Shown: positions 13,057-23,616 of the stretch, one piece after another
Position numbering within the stretch: position 1 is the stretch's first letter
Layout of the letters: each line of letters starts with the position of its first letter
DNA from: Pseudomonadota bacterium
GTDB taxonomy: Bacteria; Pseudomonadota; Gammaproteobacteria; UBA4575
Assembly (NCBI GenBank): GCA_039182865.1
Contig: JBCDBX010000004.1
Span: 1-55,194 of the forward strand
Direction: 5' to 3'
Length of the DNA: 55,194 nt
Made by a program: the position numbers and the translations under genes
Notes under the pieces: model-generated
Seen by the model: only the letters and a program-made list of their open reading frames with translations
Database searches by the model: none
What the model was told of the DNA's origin: nothing

Positions 13057-15248
13057 GAAAAATGTTCAATCGTGATCGTTGGTTGTTAGCGATTCTATTT
13101 CTTATATTGGTGGCAGCTATTATGTTGATGGCAGATGCTACACGCAATGTTGCTTATTTCAACCGATTGCATAATTGGCTATTGCCAATCAATTCTGCCT
13201 TACTATTAATTTTTGTTGGATTGATCGTATATAACGTAGGTCTCTTAGTAAGACGATTGAAACGGCAAGCACCTGGATCACGACTTACTTTACGACTCGT
13301 TTTATTGTTTGTTATCACTGCAATAGTTCCAGTTATAATAGTTTATACGTTTTCTATTTGGTTACTAGAGCGCGGTGTTGATAGCTGGTTCGATATAGAG
13401 GTAGAGAGCGCATTGCAGGATGCGGTCGACTTAAGTCGCTCATCACTTGATATGAATATTAGAACTTTAGGTCAACAAGTAGAACCACTAGTTGATAATT
13501 TAGTAGATATAGATTCTTTCAATGCCACACTGGCTATTAATGATTTATTGGATAGAACGGGGGCTGATGAAATTACTTTATTCGATGCCAATAATCGGAT
13601 TGTGGCATCAGGCAGTGCTGAACTATCAGCTGAAGTACCACGCCTTCCAGGCGAGAGTATTTTGCAATTAGTACAACAGGGTGAAAATTACATTGCACTA
13701 GATCCAACTGAATCTGGAGTACAAATTAGGATTATCTATCCTGTCCCATCTGAATTGCCAACAGGTGAAACACAGTTCGTACAATTTTTATATCCAGTAT
13801 CGGATCGCATAGGATTATTAGCGGATAATGTTCAAGCAGCTTATGGACAATATAATGAGCTAATATATTTAAGATCGCCTCTTAAACAAAACTTCATTGT
13901 TATATTAACATTAGTTTTATCTTTGGGAACTTTGTTTGCAGTGTTCGCTGCGTTTTACTGGTCTAGAATATTAGTAGCACCAATTCAAGAACTCGCTGAA
14001 GGAACTAAAGCAGTTGCTGCAGGACAATATCATAAGAAACTTGTAGTCCCGCAAAATGATGATCTAGGGATGTTAGTCGCCTCATTTAATCGAATGACTG
14101 AAAGATTAACCGTTGCGCGTGATACTGGCATTATCAATCAGCGAATCATTGAAAATCAAAGAACATATTTACAAACAATTTTAGAGCATCTTTCCTCAGG
14201 CGTTTTGAGTCTTGATGGATCGCTAGCTTTAAAAACTATCAATGCTGCTGCGAGCGATGTATTACATACCAACATGAATCAGTTTTTAGGTAAACAGTTC
14301 GTGCAAATTGGTGTGGTGCATAGTTTTTTAAAGGATTTCTGCACTGCTGTCGTGAATAAGATTGATGAGACATCAGAGGAGTGGCAGATGGAGCTCGAAA
14401 TTTTCACACAACAAGGTAGCAAAACGATTTTATGTAAAAGTGTAAAGTTACCTATAGATGAACAGTCACAGCGTGGGTATGTATTAGTGATCGATGACGT
14501 AACGACATTACTTCAAGTTCAACGCGACTCTGCATGGGGAGAAGTCGCAAGACGTTTGGCCCATGAAATTAAAAATCCATTAACTCCTATTCAGCTGTCA
14601 GCGGAAAGATTGCGCAATAAGTTGTTACCAAATCTCGCCCAAGACCAATCCAATATTGTTGATCGTGCAACTAATACAATAGTGCAGCAAGTAGAATCGC
14701 TAAAATTAATGGTTGATGATTTTTCGGACTATGCTCGCATGCCCACAATGGAGCCTAAACCACTGAATCTCAATGATTTAGTGAATGATACGGTAGAGCT
14801 TTACAAAGGGGATGTGGAAAATGTTGCGATTAAACTTGACCTTGATAGCCATGCTTTAAATATTCGGGGTGATTCTGTTCGATTAAGGCAGGTTATTCAT
14901 AATCTAGTAAAAAATGCAATTGAAGCTATGCCTCAGAATAAAAAATGTATCGTTACCATCAGTACTTTCCCTTTCGACTTGGCAAACTCTAAGTATGCTG
15001 GAATTCAAATTTCTGATAATGGGCCGGGATTTCCAGTTGATGTTATTGGTCGTGCATTTGATCCATATATGACAACTAAAACAAAAGGCAATGGTTTAGG
15101 TTTAGCAGTCGTTAAAAAAATCATAGAAGAGCATAATGGCGCTATTCAAATTGACAATATGAAAAATCAAGGTGCGACGATTAATATTCGATTTCCCCTA
15201 TATAACTATTCTATTAGCAACCTTAAAAGTGGATTTAAAAAGGCATGA
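13044..15248 (+). CDS. ntrY: NtrY-like membrane sensor histidine kinase (TM-HAMP-PAS-HisKA-HATPase)
   Basis: N-terminal TM helices; H-box RRLAHEIKNPLTPIQLSAERL; N-box HNLVKNAIEAM; G-boxes DNGPGF and GNGLGLAVVKKI. The stop overlaps the regulator start (ATGA at 15245). Confidence 0.85.
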   Translation: MANVRKMFNRDRWLLAILFLILVAAIMLMADATRNVAYFNRLHNWLLPINSALLLIFVGLIVYNVGLLVRRLKRQAPGSRLTLRLVLLFVITAIVPVIIVYTFSIWLLERGVDSWFDIEVESALQDAVDLSRSSLDMNIRTLGQQVEPLVDNLVDIDSFNATLAINDLLDRTGADEITLFDANNRIVASGSAELSAEVPRLPGESILQLVQQGENYIALDPTESGVQIRIIYPVPSELPTGETQFVQFLYPVSDRIGLLADNVQAAYGQYNELIYLRSPLKQNFIVILTLVLSLGTLFAVFAAFYWSRILVAPIQELAEGTKAVAAGQYHKKLVVPQNDDLGMLVASFNRMTERLTVARDTGIINQRIIENQRTYLQTILEHLSSGVLSLDGSLALKTINAAASDVLHTNMNQFLGKQFVQIGVVHSFLKDFCTAVVNKIDETSEEWQMELEIFTQQGSKTILCKSVKLPIDEQSQRGYVLVIDDVTTLLQVQRDSAWGEVARRLAHEIKNPLTPIQLSAERLRNKLLPNLAQDQSNIVDRATNTIVQQVESLKLMVDDFSDYARMPTMEPKPLNLNDLVNDTVELYKGDVENVAIKLDLDSHALNIRGDSVRLRQVIHNLVKNAIEAMPQNKKCIVTISTFPFDLANSKYAGIQISDNGPGFPVDVIGRAFDPYMTTKTKGNGLGLAVVKKIIEEHNGAIQIDNMKNQGATINIRFPLYNYSISNLKSGFKKA

Positions 15249-16576
15249 ACACCGAGCGTATTCTAGTTGTAGATGATGAGCCAGACATCTGTGGCTTAGT
15301 GAGCGATATCCTGACGGATGAAGGTTTTCAAGTTAATGCTGCAGAAAATGCAGCAAGTGCACGTGAGCAGCTTCAACAATCAGACTATGATTTAGTATTA
15401 CTAGATATTTGGATGCCTGATGAAGATGGCATCACATTATTAAAAGATTGGAAAAGTAAAAAAGCACTTCATTGTCCTGTTGTTATGATGTCAGGACACG
15501 GCACTGTAGAGACAGCCGTTGAAGCAACGCGATTAGGTGCATTTTCATTTGTTGAAAAACCATTAACGACCGCAAAATTAATAAGTACCATACGCAAAGC
15601 GCTTGATAGCCATATCGAAGAGCAAGAAAGTGACGGATTTGTCCCGAGTGTAAAATCTAAATATGTGCACCCAGTTGGAACTAGTCCAGTTATGCAGGAC
15701 TTAATGAAGTTATGTGATCGATGTGCTCAAGTGAAAACTAATTTGTTGATTCATGGGGAGGAGGGGGCAGGACGTTATACATCATTGCGCCATATTCATG
15801 AATTGAGTGACCGTTCAAAGCATCCATTTGTATTAATCACAAATGATCAGTTCAATTTTGATAAAGTCAATGAAGGGAGCTGGTCTAAATTCAAAACAAA
15901 TTTAATTGATTCCATAAAATTTGCAGAAGGTGGGACCGTTCTGCTACAAAATATAGATAAATGTAATGATGTTGTTCAGAAAAGATTACTAGATCTACTG
16001 CAACAACTTGTGACAGTTCAGGTATTTAAACGGTTTGATGTAAAGTTTTGCTTATCTATTACGAGTGATTGCTCAGCTAATATTGCAGCTCTAATTCAAA
16101 AAATGTTCTCAATGACGCGTATCAATGTTCCTCCATTACGCGAACATGTAGCAGATATCCCTGAGCTGTTAAATCACTTTATAGATCAATTTTGTGCTAC
16201 TGATAATTATACTTATCGTAAATGTTCAATTGCGGCGCAAAATGCATTTTTTCATTACGACTGGCCTTCTAATATATCAGAGCTAAAATTGATGGTGCAG
16301 CAGCTCCTAGTCACTGGAGATAGTGAAGAGATCACTATCGAGGAAGTTAAAGAAGTCATAGGCACACAAACTTCCTTGCAAAATAAGCAATCAGATATCG
16401 ATACATTATTTGACTTGCCTTTACGAGAAGCACGTGAAACTTTTGAGAAACAATATTTGTTACACCAGCTTAAAAAAGTTGATGGAAGCGTCAGTAAGCT
16501 TGCCGAATTAGTTGGTTTAGAAAGAACAAATCTTTATCGTAAGTTGCGATCTTTAGGCATAGCTAATAAAGATTAA
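15245..16576 (+). CDS. ntrX: NtrX-like response regulator (REC, degenerate AAA+, Fis-type HTH)
   Basis: The REC domain has the phospho-acceptor context LVLLDIWMPD. The central domain is collinear with NtrC-type AAA+ domains but has GEEGAGRY in place of GESGTGKE. The C-terminal HTH is SKLAELVGLERTNLYRKLRSLGI. Confidence 0.8.
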   Translation: MNTERILVVDDEPDICGLVSDILTDEGFQVNAAENAASAREQLQQSDYDLVLLDIWMPDEDGITLLKDWKSKKALHCPVVMMSGHGTVETAVEATRLGAFSFVEKPLTTAKLISTIRKALDSHIEEQESDGFVPSVKSKYVHPVGTSPVMQDLMKLCDRCAQVKTNLLIHGEEGAGRYTSLRHIHELSDRSKHPFVLITNDQFNFDKVNEGSWSKFKTNLIDSIKFAEGGTVLLQNIDKCNDVVQKRLLDLLQQLVTVQVFKRFDVKFCLSITSDCSANIAALIQKMFSMTRINVPPLREHVADIPELLNHFIDQFCATDNYTYRKCSIAAQNAFFHYDWPSNISELKLMVQQLLVTGDSEEITIEEVKEVIGTQTSLQNKQSDIDTLFDLPLREARETFEKQYLLHQLKKVDGSVSKLAELVGLERTNLYRKLRSLGIANKD

Positions 16577-16598
16577 AATCAATGGCTATTAAGTAAAC

Positions 16599-17972
16599 AT
16601 GAAAATTATTATATTAGGAGCTGGTCAAGTAGGTGGTTCGTTAGCTTTAAGTCTTGCCAATGAATCGAATGACATAACTTTGGTTGACAGTGATTCAAAG
16701 CGTTTACATGAATTACAAGATCGAGCTGATCTACAGACCATAACAGGCCATGCCTCTTATCCTACTATACTCGCTCAGGCAGGTGCGCGTGATGCCGATA
16801 TGATAGTAGCGCTTACCAATAGTGATGAAACAAACATGGTCGCATGCCAGGTAGCTTACACTTTGTTTCACACGCCCACGAAAATTGCGCGTGTTCGAAC
16901 AGCTGATTATCTTGAGTTTAAGGATTTATTTGTGCAAGAAGCGCTACCTGTAGATGTGCTTATAAGCCCAGAAATGTTGGTTTCTAACTATGTTCAAAAT
17001 TTAATTGAACACCCAGGTGCATTACAGGTGCTTAACTTTGCTGAAGGTAGGGTAAAACTTATTGCGCTTAGTATTCAAACGAATAGCCAATATGTTGGAA
17101 AGCGAATACGAAAAATATTTGATGATGTGAAAACAATGGAAGCTAGACTTGTTGCGATGTATCGAGGCAAGCAAGTATTGAGTATTGATGAAGATACTAA
17201 GTTAGAAGTTGGTGATGATTTGTTTTTTATAGCAGCATCCTCTCAAGCGAAAAATGTCACCACAATATTGCAAGGTTTAGATAAACCCAATAAAAGAGTG
17301 ATTATCGCTGGTGGTGGTAATATCGGTTATCAACTTGCATCTGTGCTTGAATCAAACTTTCGTGTAAAGATTATCGAGAGTAATACCGAGCGTGCTAGAC
17401 ATTTGTCAGAGGTATTGGATAAAACTGTTGTACTCAAGGGTGACGCAGCTGATGAGAGTATGCTGCTTGATGAAAATATTGATAGTGCCGACGTATTTTG
17501 TGCACTGACCAATGATGATGAAGCGAACATACTTTCAGCGATGTTAGCTAAACGTATGGGCGCTAGAAAGACGATGTCACTCATTAATCGGCCAAGTTAT
17601 ATCGAATTGGTAGAAAGTGGCATGATTGATATCGCGATTTCACCACAGCAAGTCACAATTGGTGCCTTACTTGCACATATTCGTAGAGGAGATGTGGTCG
17701 CAGTACATTCATTACGTAAAGGTTCTGCAGAAGCTCTTGAAGCAGTAGCCCATGGAGATCATAAGACCTCAAAAGTTGTAGGACGTGCAATTTCTGAGTT
17801 GAAGCTTCCACGAGGAACGAGTATTGGCGCTATTGTTCGTCAGGATGAAGTGATAGTCGCTAAGTCAGATTTTGTCATTGAGTCGGAAGATCATGTCATT
17901 ATGTATCTTACTGATAAAAGTAAAGTGCGCGATATTGAACGCATGTTTCAAGTAAGTGCAACATTTGTTTAA
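16599..17972 (+). CDS. trkA: Trk potassium uptake protein TrkA
   Basis: 457 aa with two RCK/NAD-binding repeats (MKIIILGAGQVGGSLA and VIIAGGGNIGYQLA). Confidence 0.95.
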   Translation: MKIIILGAGQVGGSLALSLANESNDITLVDSDSKRLHELQDRADLQTITGHASYPTILAQAGARDADMIVALTNSDETNMVACQVAYTLFHTPTKIARVRTADYLEFKDLFVQEALPVDVLISPEMLVSNYVQNLIEHPGALQVLNFAEGRVKLIALSIQTNSQYVGKRIRKIFDDVKTMEARLVAMYRGKQVLSIDEDTKLEVGDDLFFIAASSQAKNVTTILQGLDKPNKRVIIAGGGNIGYQLASVLESNFRVKIIESNTERARHLSEVLDKTVVLKGDAADESMLLDENIDSADVFCALTNDDEANILSAMLAKRMGARKTMSLINRPSYIELVESGMIDIAISPQQVTIGALLAHIRRGDVVAVHSLRKGSAEALEAVAHGDHKTSKVVGRAISELKLPRGTSIGAIVRQDEVIVAKSDFVIESEDHVIMYLTDKSKVRDIERMFQVSATFV

Positions 17973-18001
17973 CTATTTTCTAATAGTTACTCTTTAAGTT
18001 T

Positions 18002-19456
18002 ATGCAACGCTTAGTAATCCAGAGAGTTTTAGGCTTACTACTGATGATATTCAGCATCAGTATGTTGCCACCATTATTGGTTGGTTATCACTATCAAGAA
18101 GCTGATGTTTTAAGTACTTTTGGTACAGCTTTTTTAGCGACATTAATCACGGGTTTTCTATTATGGTCTCCCACGAGACGTCATCATGCGGATATGAGAC
18201 TGCGCGATGGATTCATTGTGGTCGTCATGTTCTGGACCGTTTTAGGTGCTTTTGGCACTTTACCATTTCTGTTATCGGATCAAGTCCAAGTTTCCTTTAT
18301 TGACAGTTTATTTGAGTCATTATCAGGCCTAACAACTACGGGAGCGACTGTATTAAGTAATCTTGATCAATTGCCTAGATCAATTCTATTTTATCGTCAG
18401 CAATTACAATGGCTAGGTGGTATGGGAATCATTGTACTCGCGGTTGCGGTCCTGCCGATGTTAGGGGTTGGTGGCATGCAACTTTATCGTGCAGAAACAC
18501 CTGGGCCAATAAAAGACAGTAAATTGACGCCACGAATAACTGAAACTGCCAAAGCGCTTTGGTATATCTATTTATCACTGACATTATTATGTGCGTTGAG
18601 TTATTGGGGCGCAGGAATGTCTGTGTTTGATGCAGTTAGCCATAGTTTTTCTACTATTGCGATAGGTGGTTTTTCTACACATGATGCAAACATTGCACAT
18701 TTTGATAGTGCAGCGATTGAATGGGTCGCGATCATATTCATGATTATCTCAGGTGCAAACTTCGGTTTACACTTTTTAGTTTGGCGCAATCGATCAATTT
18801 TATATTACTGGAGAGATTCAGAATTTAAAATGTATGTCTCTGTACTTGCTGCGGTATGTCTCATTACTTTAATAAGTCTATACATTTACCAAACACACGC
18901 TCATTGGTTTCATCCAATCACGAAAGCAGTTTTTCAAGTGGTATCAATTGGGACAACAACGGGTTTTACTTCAGAAAATTTTTCAACGTGGCCAGCATTT
19001 TTACCAGTGCTATTAATTATTGTCAGTTTTATGGGAGGATGTGCAGGATCAACTGGTGGTGGCATGAAAGTTATTCGTGTCTTGCTATTATTTAAACAAG
19101 GTGTAAGAGAATTAAAACGATTAGTTCATCCAAGTGCAGAATTTGCTGTGAAAGTTGGCAAGAAGCCTGTAGATAATAGAGTTATTGAGGCGGTCTGGGG
19201 GTTTCTTTCCGCTTATATCGCTGTATTTGTCGTTATGCTGATCCTATTGTTTGCTGCTGGTTTAGATCAAGTGACGGCATATTCTTCCGTGGTAGCAACT
19301 CTTAATAATTTAGGACCAGGCTTGGGTGAAGTTGCACAAAATTATGCAAGTTTAAATTGGTTTAGTAAGTCAGTTTTATGTCTGGGTATGTTATTAGGAC
19401 GTTTGGAAATATTTACTTTGCTCGTTATCTTCACTCCATTTTTTTGGCGTCGCTAG
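18002..19456 (+). CDS. trkH: Trk potassium transporter membrane subunit TrkH
   Basis: 484-aa polytopic protein with TrkH pore-loop motifs (LTTTGATV, IGGFSTHD, GTTTGFTS, GLDQV..YSSVVATLNNLGPGLG). Confidence 0.9.
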   Translation: MQRLVIQRVLGLLLMIFSISMLPPLLVGYHYQEADVLSTFGTAFLATLITGFLLWSPTRRHHADMRLRDGFIVVVMFWTVLGAFGTLPFLLSDQVQVSFIDSLFESLSGLTTTGATVLSNLDQLPRSILFYRQQLQWLGGMGIIVLAVAVLPMLGVGGMQLYRAETPGPIKDSKLTPRITETAKALWYIYLSLTLLCALSYWGAGMSVFDAVSHSFSTIAIGGFSTHDANIAHFDSAAIEWVAIIFMIISGANFGLHFLVWRNRSILYYWRDSEFKMYVSVLAAVCLITLISLYIYQTHAHWFHPITKAVFQVVSIGTTTGFTSENFSTWPAFLPVLLIIVSFMGGCAGSTGGGMKVIRVLLLFKQGVRELKRLVHPSAEFAVKVGKKPVDNRVIEAVWGFLSAYIAVFVVMLILLFAAGLDQVTAYSSVVATLNNLGPGLGEVAQNYASLNWFSKSVLCLGMLLGRLEIFTLLVIFTPFFWRR

Positions 19457-20034
19457 TGAATGTATCCGAAAAATGGAACCGAATATTTTCGCATTCTGAT
19501 ACCAAATCCATTTCTGCAAATGAAGTTCTTGAACAAAATAGTCATTTATTACCGAAGTCTGCAAAAGCGTTAGACTTAGCATGCGGCTTAGGTGGTAATG
19601 CTTTGTTACTTGCAGAATATGGATTGATGACTCACGCATGGGATATTTCTTCAGTCGCAATAGAGAAGCTTGAGCAAATATCAAGTGATAGACAATTATC
19701 TGTTAAAACACAAGTAAGGGATATTGAAAAACGGCCGCCGGAAGAAGGCCAATTTGATGTAATTACCGTAGGTAATTTTTTAAATCGTTCTATTTTTTCA
19801 AATTTGATCGATTCTTTGCGAGTAGATGGATTATTGTTTTACCAGACTTTTGTAAGAGAAAAAGTTGATGAAGTAGGCCCGTCCAATCTTGATTACTTAT
19901 TAAAAACAAATGAACTCCTGCATCTTTGCAAAAGCTTAAAAATATTGGTTTATCGTGAAGAAGCTAAACAGGGAGACTTAGCTAAGGGTTGGCGCAATCA
20001 AGCTATGATAGTTGCTCAAAAATCGAGTTACTAA
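19456..20034 (+). CDS. class I SAM-dependent methyltransferase (TehB-like)
   Basis: SAM motif I is ALDLACGLGGNALLLA. The proposed GTG start at 19456 overlaps the trkH stop (taGTG). The ORF-track start at 19378 lies inside trkH. Confidence 0.65.
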   Translation: MNVSEKWNRIFSHSDTKSISANEVLEQNSHLLPKSAKALDLACGLGGNALLLAEYGLMTHAWDISSVAIEKLEQISSDRQLSVKTQVRDIEKRPPEEGQFDVITVGNFLNRSIFSNLIDSLRVDGLLFYQTFVREKVDEVGPSNLDYLLKTNELLHLCKSLKILVYREEAKQGDLAKGWRNQAMIVAQKSSY

Positions 20035-20043
20035 CAAATAGGC

Positions 20044-20916
20044 TTATTTATATGGATCAGTATCACCCGGTGCAGGTTTTTTAAAACGTTTGTAACCCCA
20101 AATGTAGTTTTCAGGAGAGGTTAGAATATATTGTTCTATGCATTGGTTCATGCTTTCAGTTGCTTTTGCAATATCTTCATTAAACATATCTTTAGGCGCA
20201 TCATAATAGTAGCTATCATAAAGGCTAGGATTAATGGCATTTCTTAGGGTATAGCCAAGAACTAGATGACATTTAAGCTTGCTAGCAAGTTTGCATGCCA
20301 AAGTACTTGTATAAGCCTTACGACCAAAGAAATTGGCGTATTTACCACCATGCCCATCAGGGACCTGATCTGGCAAAATTCCTATACTTCCACCATTTTT
20401 CAAATGCTGGATGACTTTTTTTAAATTTAAATTATCTGTTGATACAACTTTTGCTCCTGTACTGCATCGTCCTTCACAACTTAATCTCTCTAAGTATTCT
20501 GATTTTGGTGGCGCATATAAAATCCAAAGGTCGGCATACTTTGCAGTTAACAAACCGATAAATTCCCATGAACCAAAATGAGGGGTTACAAATATAGTTC
20601 CCTTATGACTCTCTTTAGCACGTATTAATAAATGCTCATTTTTAATATCACCAAGATGAGACATTAGTGCCTCTTTAGGATGTTTCCATAACCAGAAAGC
20701 TTCTAACAACGTTTTCGAGTTTTCTTTTAAAGATTTGTTTAAAAGTAGTCTATGTTTATTTGAAGAATGATTAGGGAAACAAATTGATAAATTAGTATCA
20801 GCTATATGTTTACTTCTATTATTTGTTTTCTGGAGTAATAAGCTGGCAAAACTTCCTAAGAGGTGTAAAACCTTTAAGGGTAAATTTGAGATTAAACCAA
20901 TGAAAAACCTTGACAC
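20044..20916 (-). CDS. LpxL/HtrB-family lipid A (lysophospholipid) acyltransferase
   Basis: 290 aa with an N-terminal hydrophobic anchor and the HX4E acyltransferase motif PHFGSWEF. The ILPDQ block is typical of late lipid A acyltransferases. Confidence 0.75.
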   Translation of the reverse strand: MSRFFIGLISNLPLKVLHLLGSFASLLLQKTNNRSKHIADTNLSICFPNHSSNKHRLLLNKSLKENSKTLLEAFWLWKHPKEALMSHLGDIKNEHLLIRAKESHKGTIFVTPHFGSWEFIGLLTAKYADLWILYAPPKSEYLERLSCEGRCSTGAKVVSTDNLNLKKVIQHLKNGGSIGILPDQVPDGHGGKYANFFGRKAYTSTLACKLASKLKCHLVLGYTLRNAINPSLYDSYYYDAPKDMFNEDIAKATESMNQCIEQYILTSPENYIWGYKRFKKPAPGDTDPYK

Positions 20917-20948
20917 TAAAATATCTATAAATTGAATAACAGTTGTGA

Positions 20949-21740
20949 CTAAGAAGTTATCAAGTTTTCACCTTGATTAGACTTTTCCATCAGAGGACGC
21001 ATCGCGGAAAGTAAGCTTTTATAAACATTTGGGTTCTTTTTTTCCTCATTATTTAAAAGTTGTTTAAAGTAGAAACGTTGTGTTGGCATATCAAAACATG
21101 CCGGACAATTCTCTGGAATTATAGGTAAAGATGCATTTTCAGCGAAATCACGAGTTTGACGTTCGCGTACATATACAAGTGGACGAATGACGCGTAGGTC
21201 CCCTGCGTCAATAATATAATGTGCTTTCATAGTATTTAATTTCCCACCATGAAAAGCCGACATCATGAAACTTTCAGCTAAATCATCTAAGTGCTGTGCG
21301 AGTGCAACTACATTGTATTCATGTTGGCGCGCTGTGTTGTAGATAATGCCGCGCTTCATGCGAGAACAAAACGCACAAAATGATTTGTTGTCCATATGTT
21401 TCTCGGCGAGTTCTAATATAGGTTCGGATTGATAAAAATAAGGGACATTTAATGATTTAAGATAAGGAATAAGCGGTGATGGGTCGAATGCTTCTGATTC
21501 AGGATCGACTGTCACGACACCAACCTCAAAAGATATGGGAGCGTGTCTTTGCAAGTGCAATAAAATATGAAGAAGGCTTAAGGAATCTTTACCGCCCGAT
21601 AGGCCCAGAAGTATGCGGTCACCGGTCTGGATCATGGAATAATCAGCAATCGCCTTGCCGGCTGAATGGAGTAAAGATTTTGGAGGTTTGATTTTAAACA
21701 TATTGAATTTTAGTAGATATTTAGCAGCATTTAGCTGCAT
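20949..21740 (-). CDS. ttcA: tRNA 2-thiocytidine(32) synthetase TtcA
   Basis: PP-loop LGLSGGKDS plus Cys clusters CAFCSRMKRG and CPAC. The start could be the Met at 21701. Confidence 0.88.
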   Translation of the reverse strand: MQLNAAKYLLKFNMFKIKPPKSLLHSAGKAIADYSMIQTGDRILLGLSGGKDSLSLLHILLHLQRHAPISFEVGVVTVDPESEAFDPSPLIPYLKSLNVPYFYQSEPILELAEKHMDNKSFCAFCSRMKRGIIYNTARQHEYNVVALAQHLDDLAESFMMSAFHGGKLNTMKAHYIIDAGDLRVIRPLVYVRERQTRDFAENASLPIIPENCPACFDMPTQRFYFKQLLNNEEKKNPNVYKSLLSAMRPLMEKSNQGENLITS

Positions 21741-21825
21741 ATTAGATGAAGTTAGATAGTTTAAGGTAGTATTTCAGTGTTTTTACATTAGTATTTTTCA
21801 TATTAGTAGCTAATTTATCACGTTC

Positions 21826-22263
21826 ATGATTGCATTAATTCAACGAGTATCATCGGCTCAGGTCATTATTGAGGGCAGTGTTGTTGCGTCTATCGAGACT
21901 GGTGCGTTAGCGCTCGTGGCTGTTCAACAAGATGATAGCCAAAAACAAGTTGAGCGGATGGTAAATCGTATTATGAATTACCGTATATTTCCTGATAATG
22001 CTGGTAAAATGAATCTTAGTTTGATTGATGTGGAAGGTGGGTTGTTATTCGTTCCACAGTTCACTTTAATAGCGGATACGACAAGAGGGAATCGGCCAAG
22101 CTTTAGTAAAAATGTTTCTCCCGAATTGGGGCAGCAAATGTTTAAACAACTATTGGAATACGCTAAAACTCAATATTGCCATGTGCAGCATGGAGTGTTC
22201 GGTGCTGATATGCAGGTCAGTTTGGTGAACGATGGTCCTGTCACTTTTTGGCTAGAAAACTAA
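21826..22263 (+). CDS. dtd: D-aminoacyl-tRNA deacylase
   Basis: 145 aa, with MIALIQRV at the N-terminus and SQFTL-like [10 protein letters not shown]. Confidence 0.95.
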   Translation: MIALIQRVSSAQVIIEGSVVASIETGALALVAVQQDDSQKQVERMVNRIMNYRIFPDNAGKMNLSLIDVEGGLLFVPQFTLIADTTRGNRPSFSKNVSPELGQQMFKQLLEYAKTQYCHVQHGVFGADMQVSLVNDGPVTFWLEN

Positions 22264-22318
22264 AAATAAGCCTTACAATCTGCTCACATATCATATTATC
22301 AATAACAAATTAAAACTC

Positions 22319-22912
22319 ATGACTAAACGAACGGCCAATATCGAACGCAATACATTGGAGACTCAGATTACTGTCGATTTAAATATCGATGGCAAAGGTG
22401 CTGGCTCAATTCAAACGGGTATCCCTTTTTTGGATCACATGCTTGATCAAGTCCGTCGACACGGCCAGTTTGATATTACGATCCAAGCCAAAGGGGATCT
22501 AGAAGTTGACGCGCATCATACGGTAGAAGATACCGGCATTACCCTGGGCCAAGCTTTCTTAAAGGCACTGGGAGATAAAAAAGGGATTCGTCGATATGGT
22601 CATGCATATGTTCCATTAGATGAAGCACTCTCGCGTGTTGTCGTGGATTTTTCTGGTCGGCCAGGTTTGGAATATTTTGCTGAGTATCCGCGTGCGCGCA
22701 TTGGTGATTTTGATGTCGACCTAGTGTATGAATTTTTGCAAGGGTTTGTTAATCATGCGCAAGTTACCATGCATGTGGATAATCTACGAGGAAGTAATGC
22801 ACATCATATTGCTGAAACTATATTTAAAGCATTAGGAAGAACTTTACGCTTTGCCTGTGAACTTGATCCACGTATGACAGATCAATTGCCTTCAACCAAG
22901 GGAGCTTTATAA
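22319..22912 (+). CDS. hisB: imidazoleglycerol-phosphate dehydratase (monofunctional)
   Basis: 197 aa with [23 protein letters not shown] and [14 protein letters not shown]. Confidence 0.95.
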   Translation: MTKRTANIERNTLETQITVDLNIDGKGAGSIQTGIPFLDHMLDQVRRHGQFDITIQAKGDLEVDAHHTVEDTGITLGQAFLKALGDKKGIRRYGHAYVPLDEALSRVVVDFSGRPGLEYFAEYPRARIGDFDVDLVYEFLQGFVNHAQVTMHVDNLRGSNAHHIAETIFKALGRTLRFACELDPRMTDQLPSTKGAL

Positions 22913-22965
22913 ACTCTCATCACTTTTCTCTATGTTTTGTTTTGTTTTCAGACCAACTTATTAAA

Positions 22966-23601
22966 ATGCCTGTGGAAAAAGTAGCTATCGTGGATTATGG
23001 AATGAGTAATCTTCATTCTGTTCATAGTGCATTAAAGCAAGTTGCAAATAATCAGTTCGAAATTGAAATTTGTCAGAATGCAGAACAGATAGAAAACGCT
23101 GATCGTATAGTTTTTCCAGGCCAAGGGGCGGCAGCTGATTGTATGCATCAGATTGATAATTTTCAGTTAGCTAACCCAATTAAAAAAGCAGCCTCCGAAA
23201 AACCTTTTCTGGGTATCTGTATGGGCATGCAAGTGTTATTAAATTACAGTGAAGAAAATGAAGGCACAGACTGTTTAGGTCTGATTGAGGGTTCAGTTAA
23301 TCGTTTCGAAATACAAGATGCATCACTAAAAGTACCACATATGGGTTGGAATACCATACAGCAGAGAAACGATCATCCCTTGTGGCATGATATTCCTCAA
23401 GATAGCTATTACTACTTTGTTCATAGCTATTATGTGCAACTTGAAAATATGAGTCAGGCAGCAGGTATTACAGATTATGGAATTGAGTTTACATCTGTGC
23501 TTGCGCAAGGAAAAGTATTTGCAATGCAATGTCATCCAGAGAAAAGTGCGGACAATGGTTTGCAATTACTAACTAACTTTTTAAATTGGAACGGTAGCTA
23601 A
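22966..23601 (+). CDS. hisH: imidazole glycerol phosphate synthase, glutaminase subunit
   Basis: Has VAIVDYGMSNLHSV, catalytic GICMGMQ and CHPEKS. ATG at 22966 is preferred over the upstream TTG at 22942. Confidence 0.93.
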   Translation: MPVEKVAIVDYGMSNLHSVHSALKQVANNQFEIEICQNAEQIENADRIVFPGQGAAADCMHQIDNFQLANPIKKAASEKPFLGICMGMQVLLNYSEENEGTDCLGLIEGSVNRFEIQDASLKVPHMGWNTIQQRNDHPLWHDIPQDSYYYFVHSYYVQLENMSQAAGITDYGIEFTSVLAQGKVFAMQCHPEKSADNGLQLLTNFLNWNGS

Positions 23602-23616
23602 AAGGCATGATCAAAA

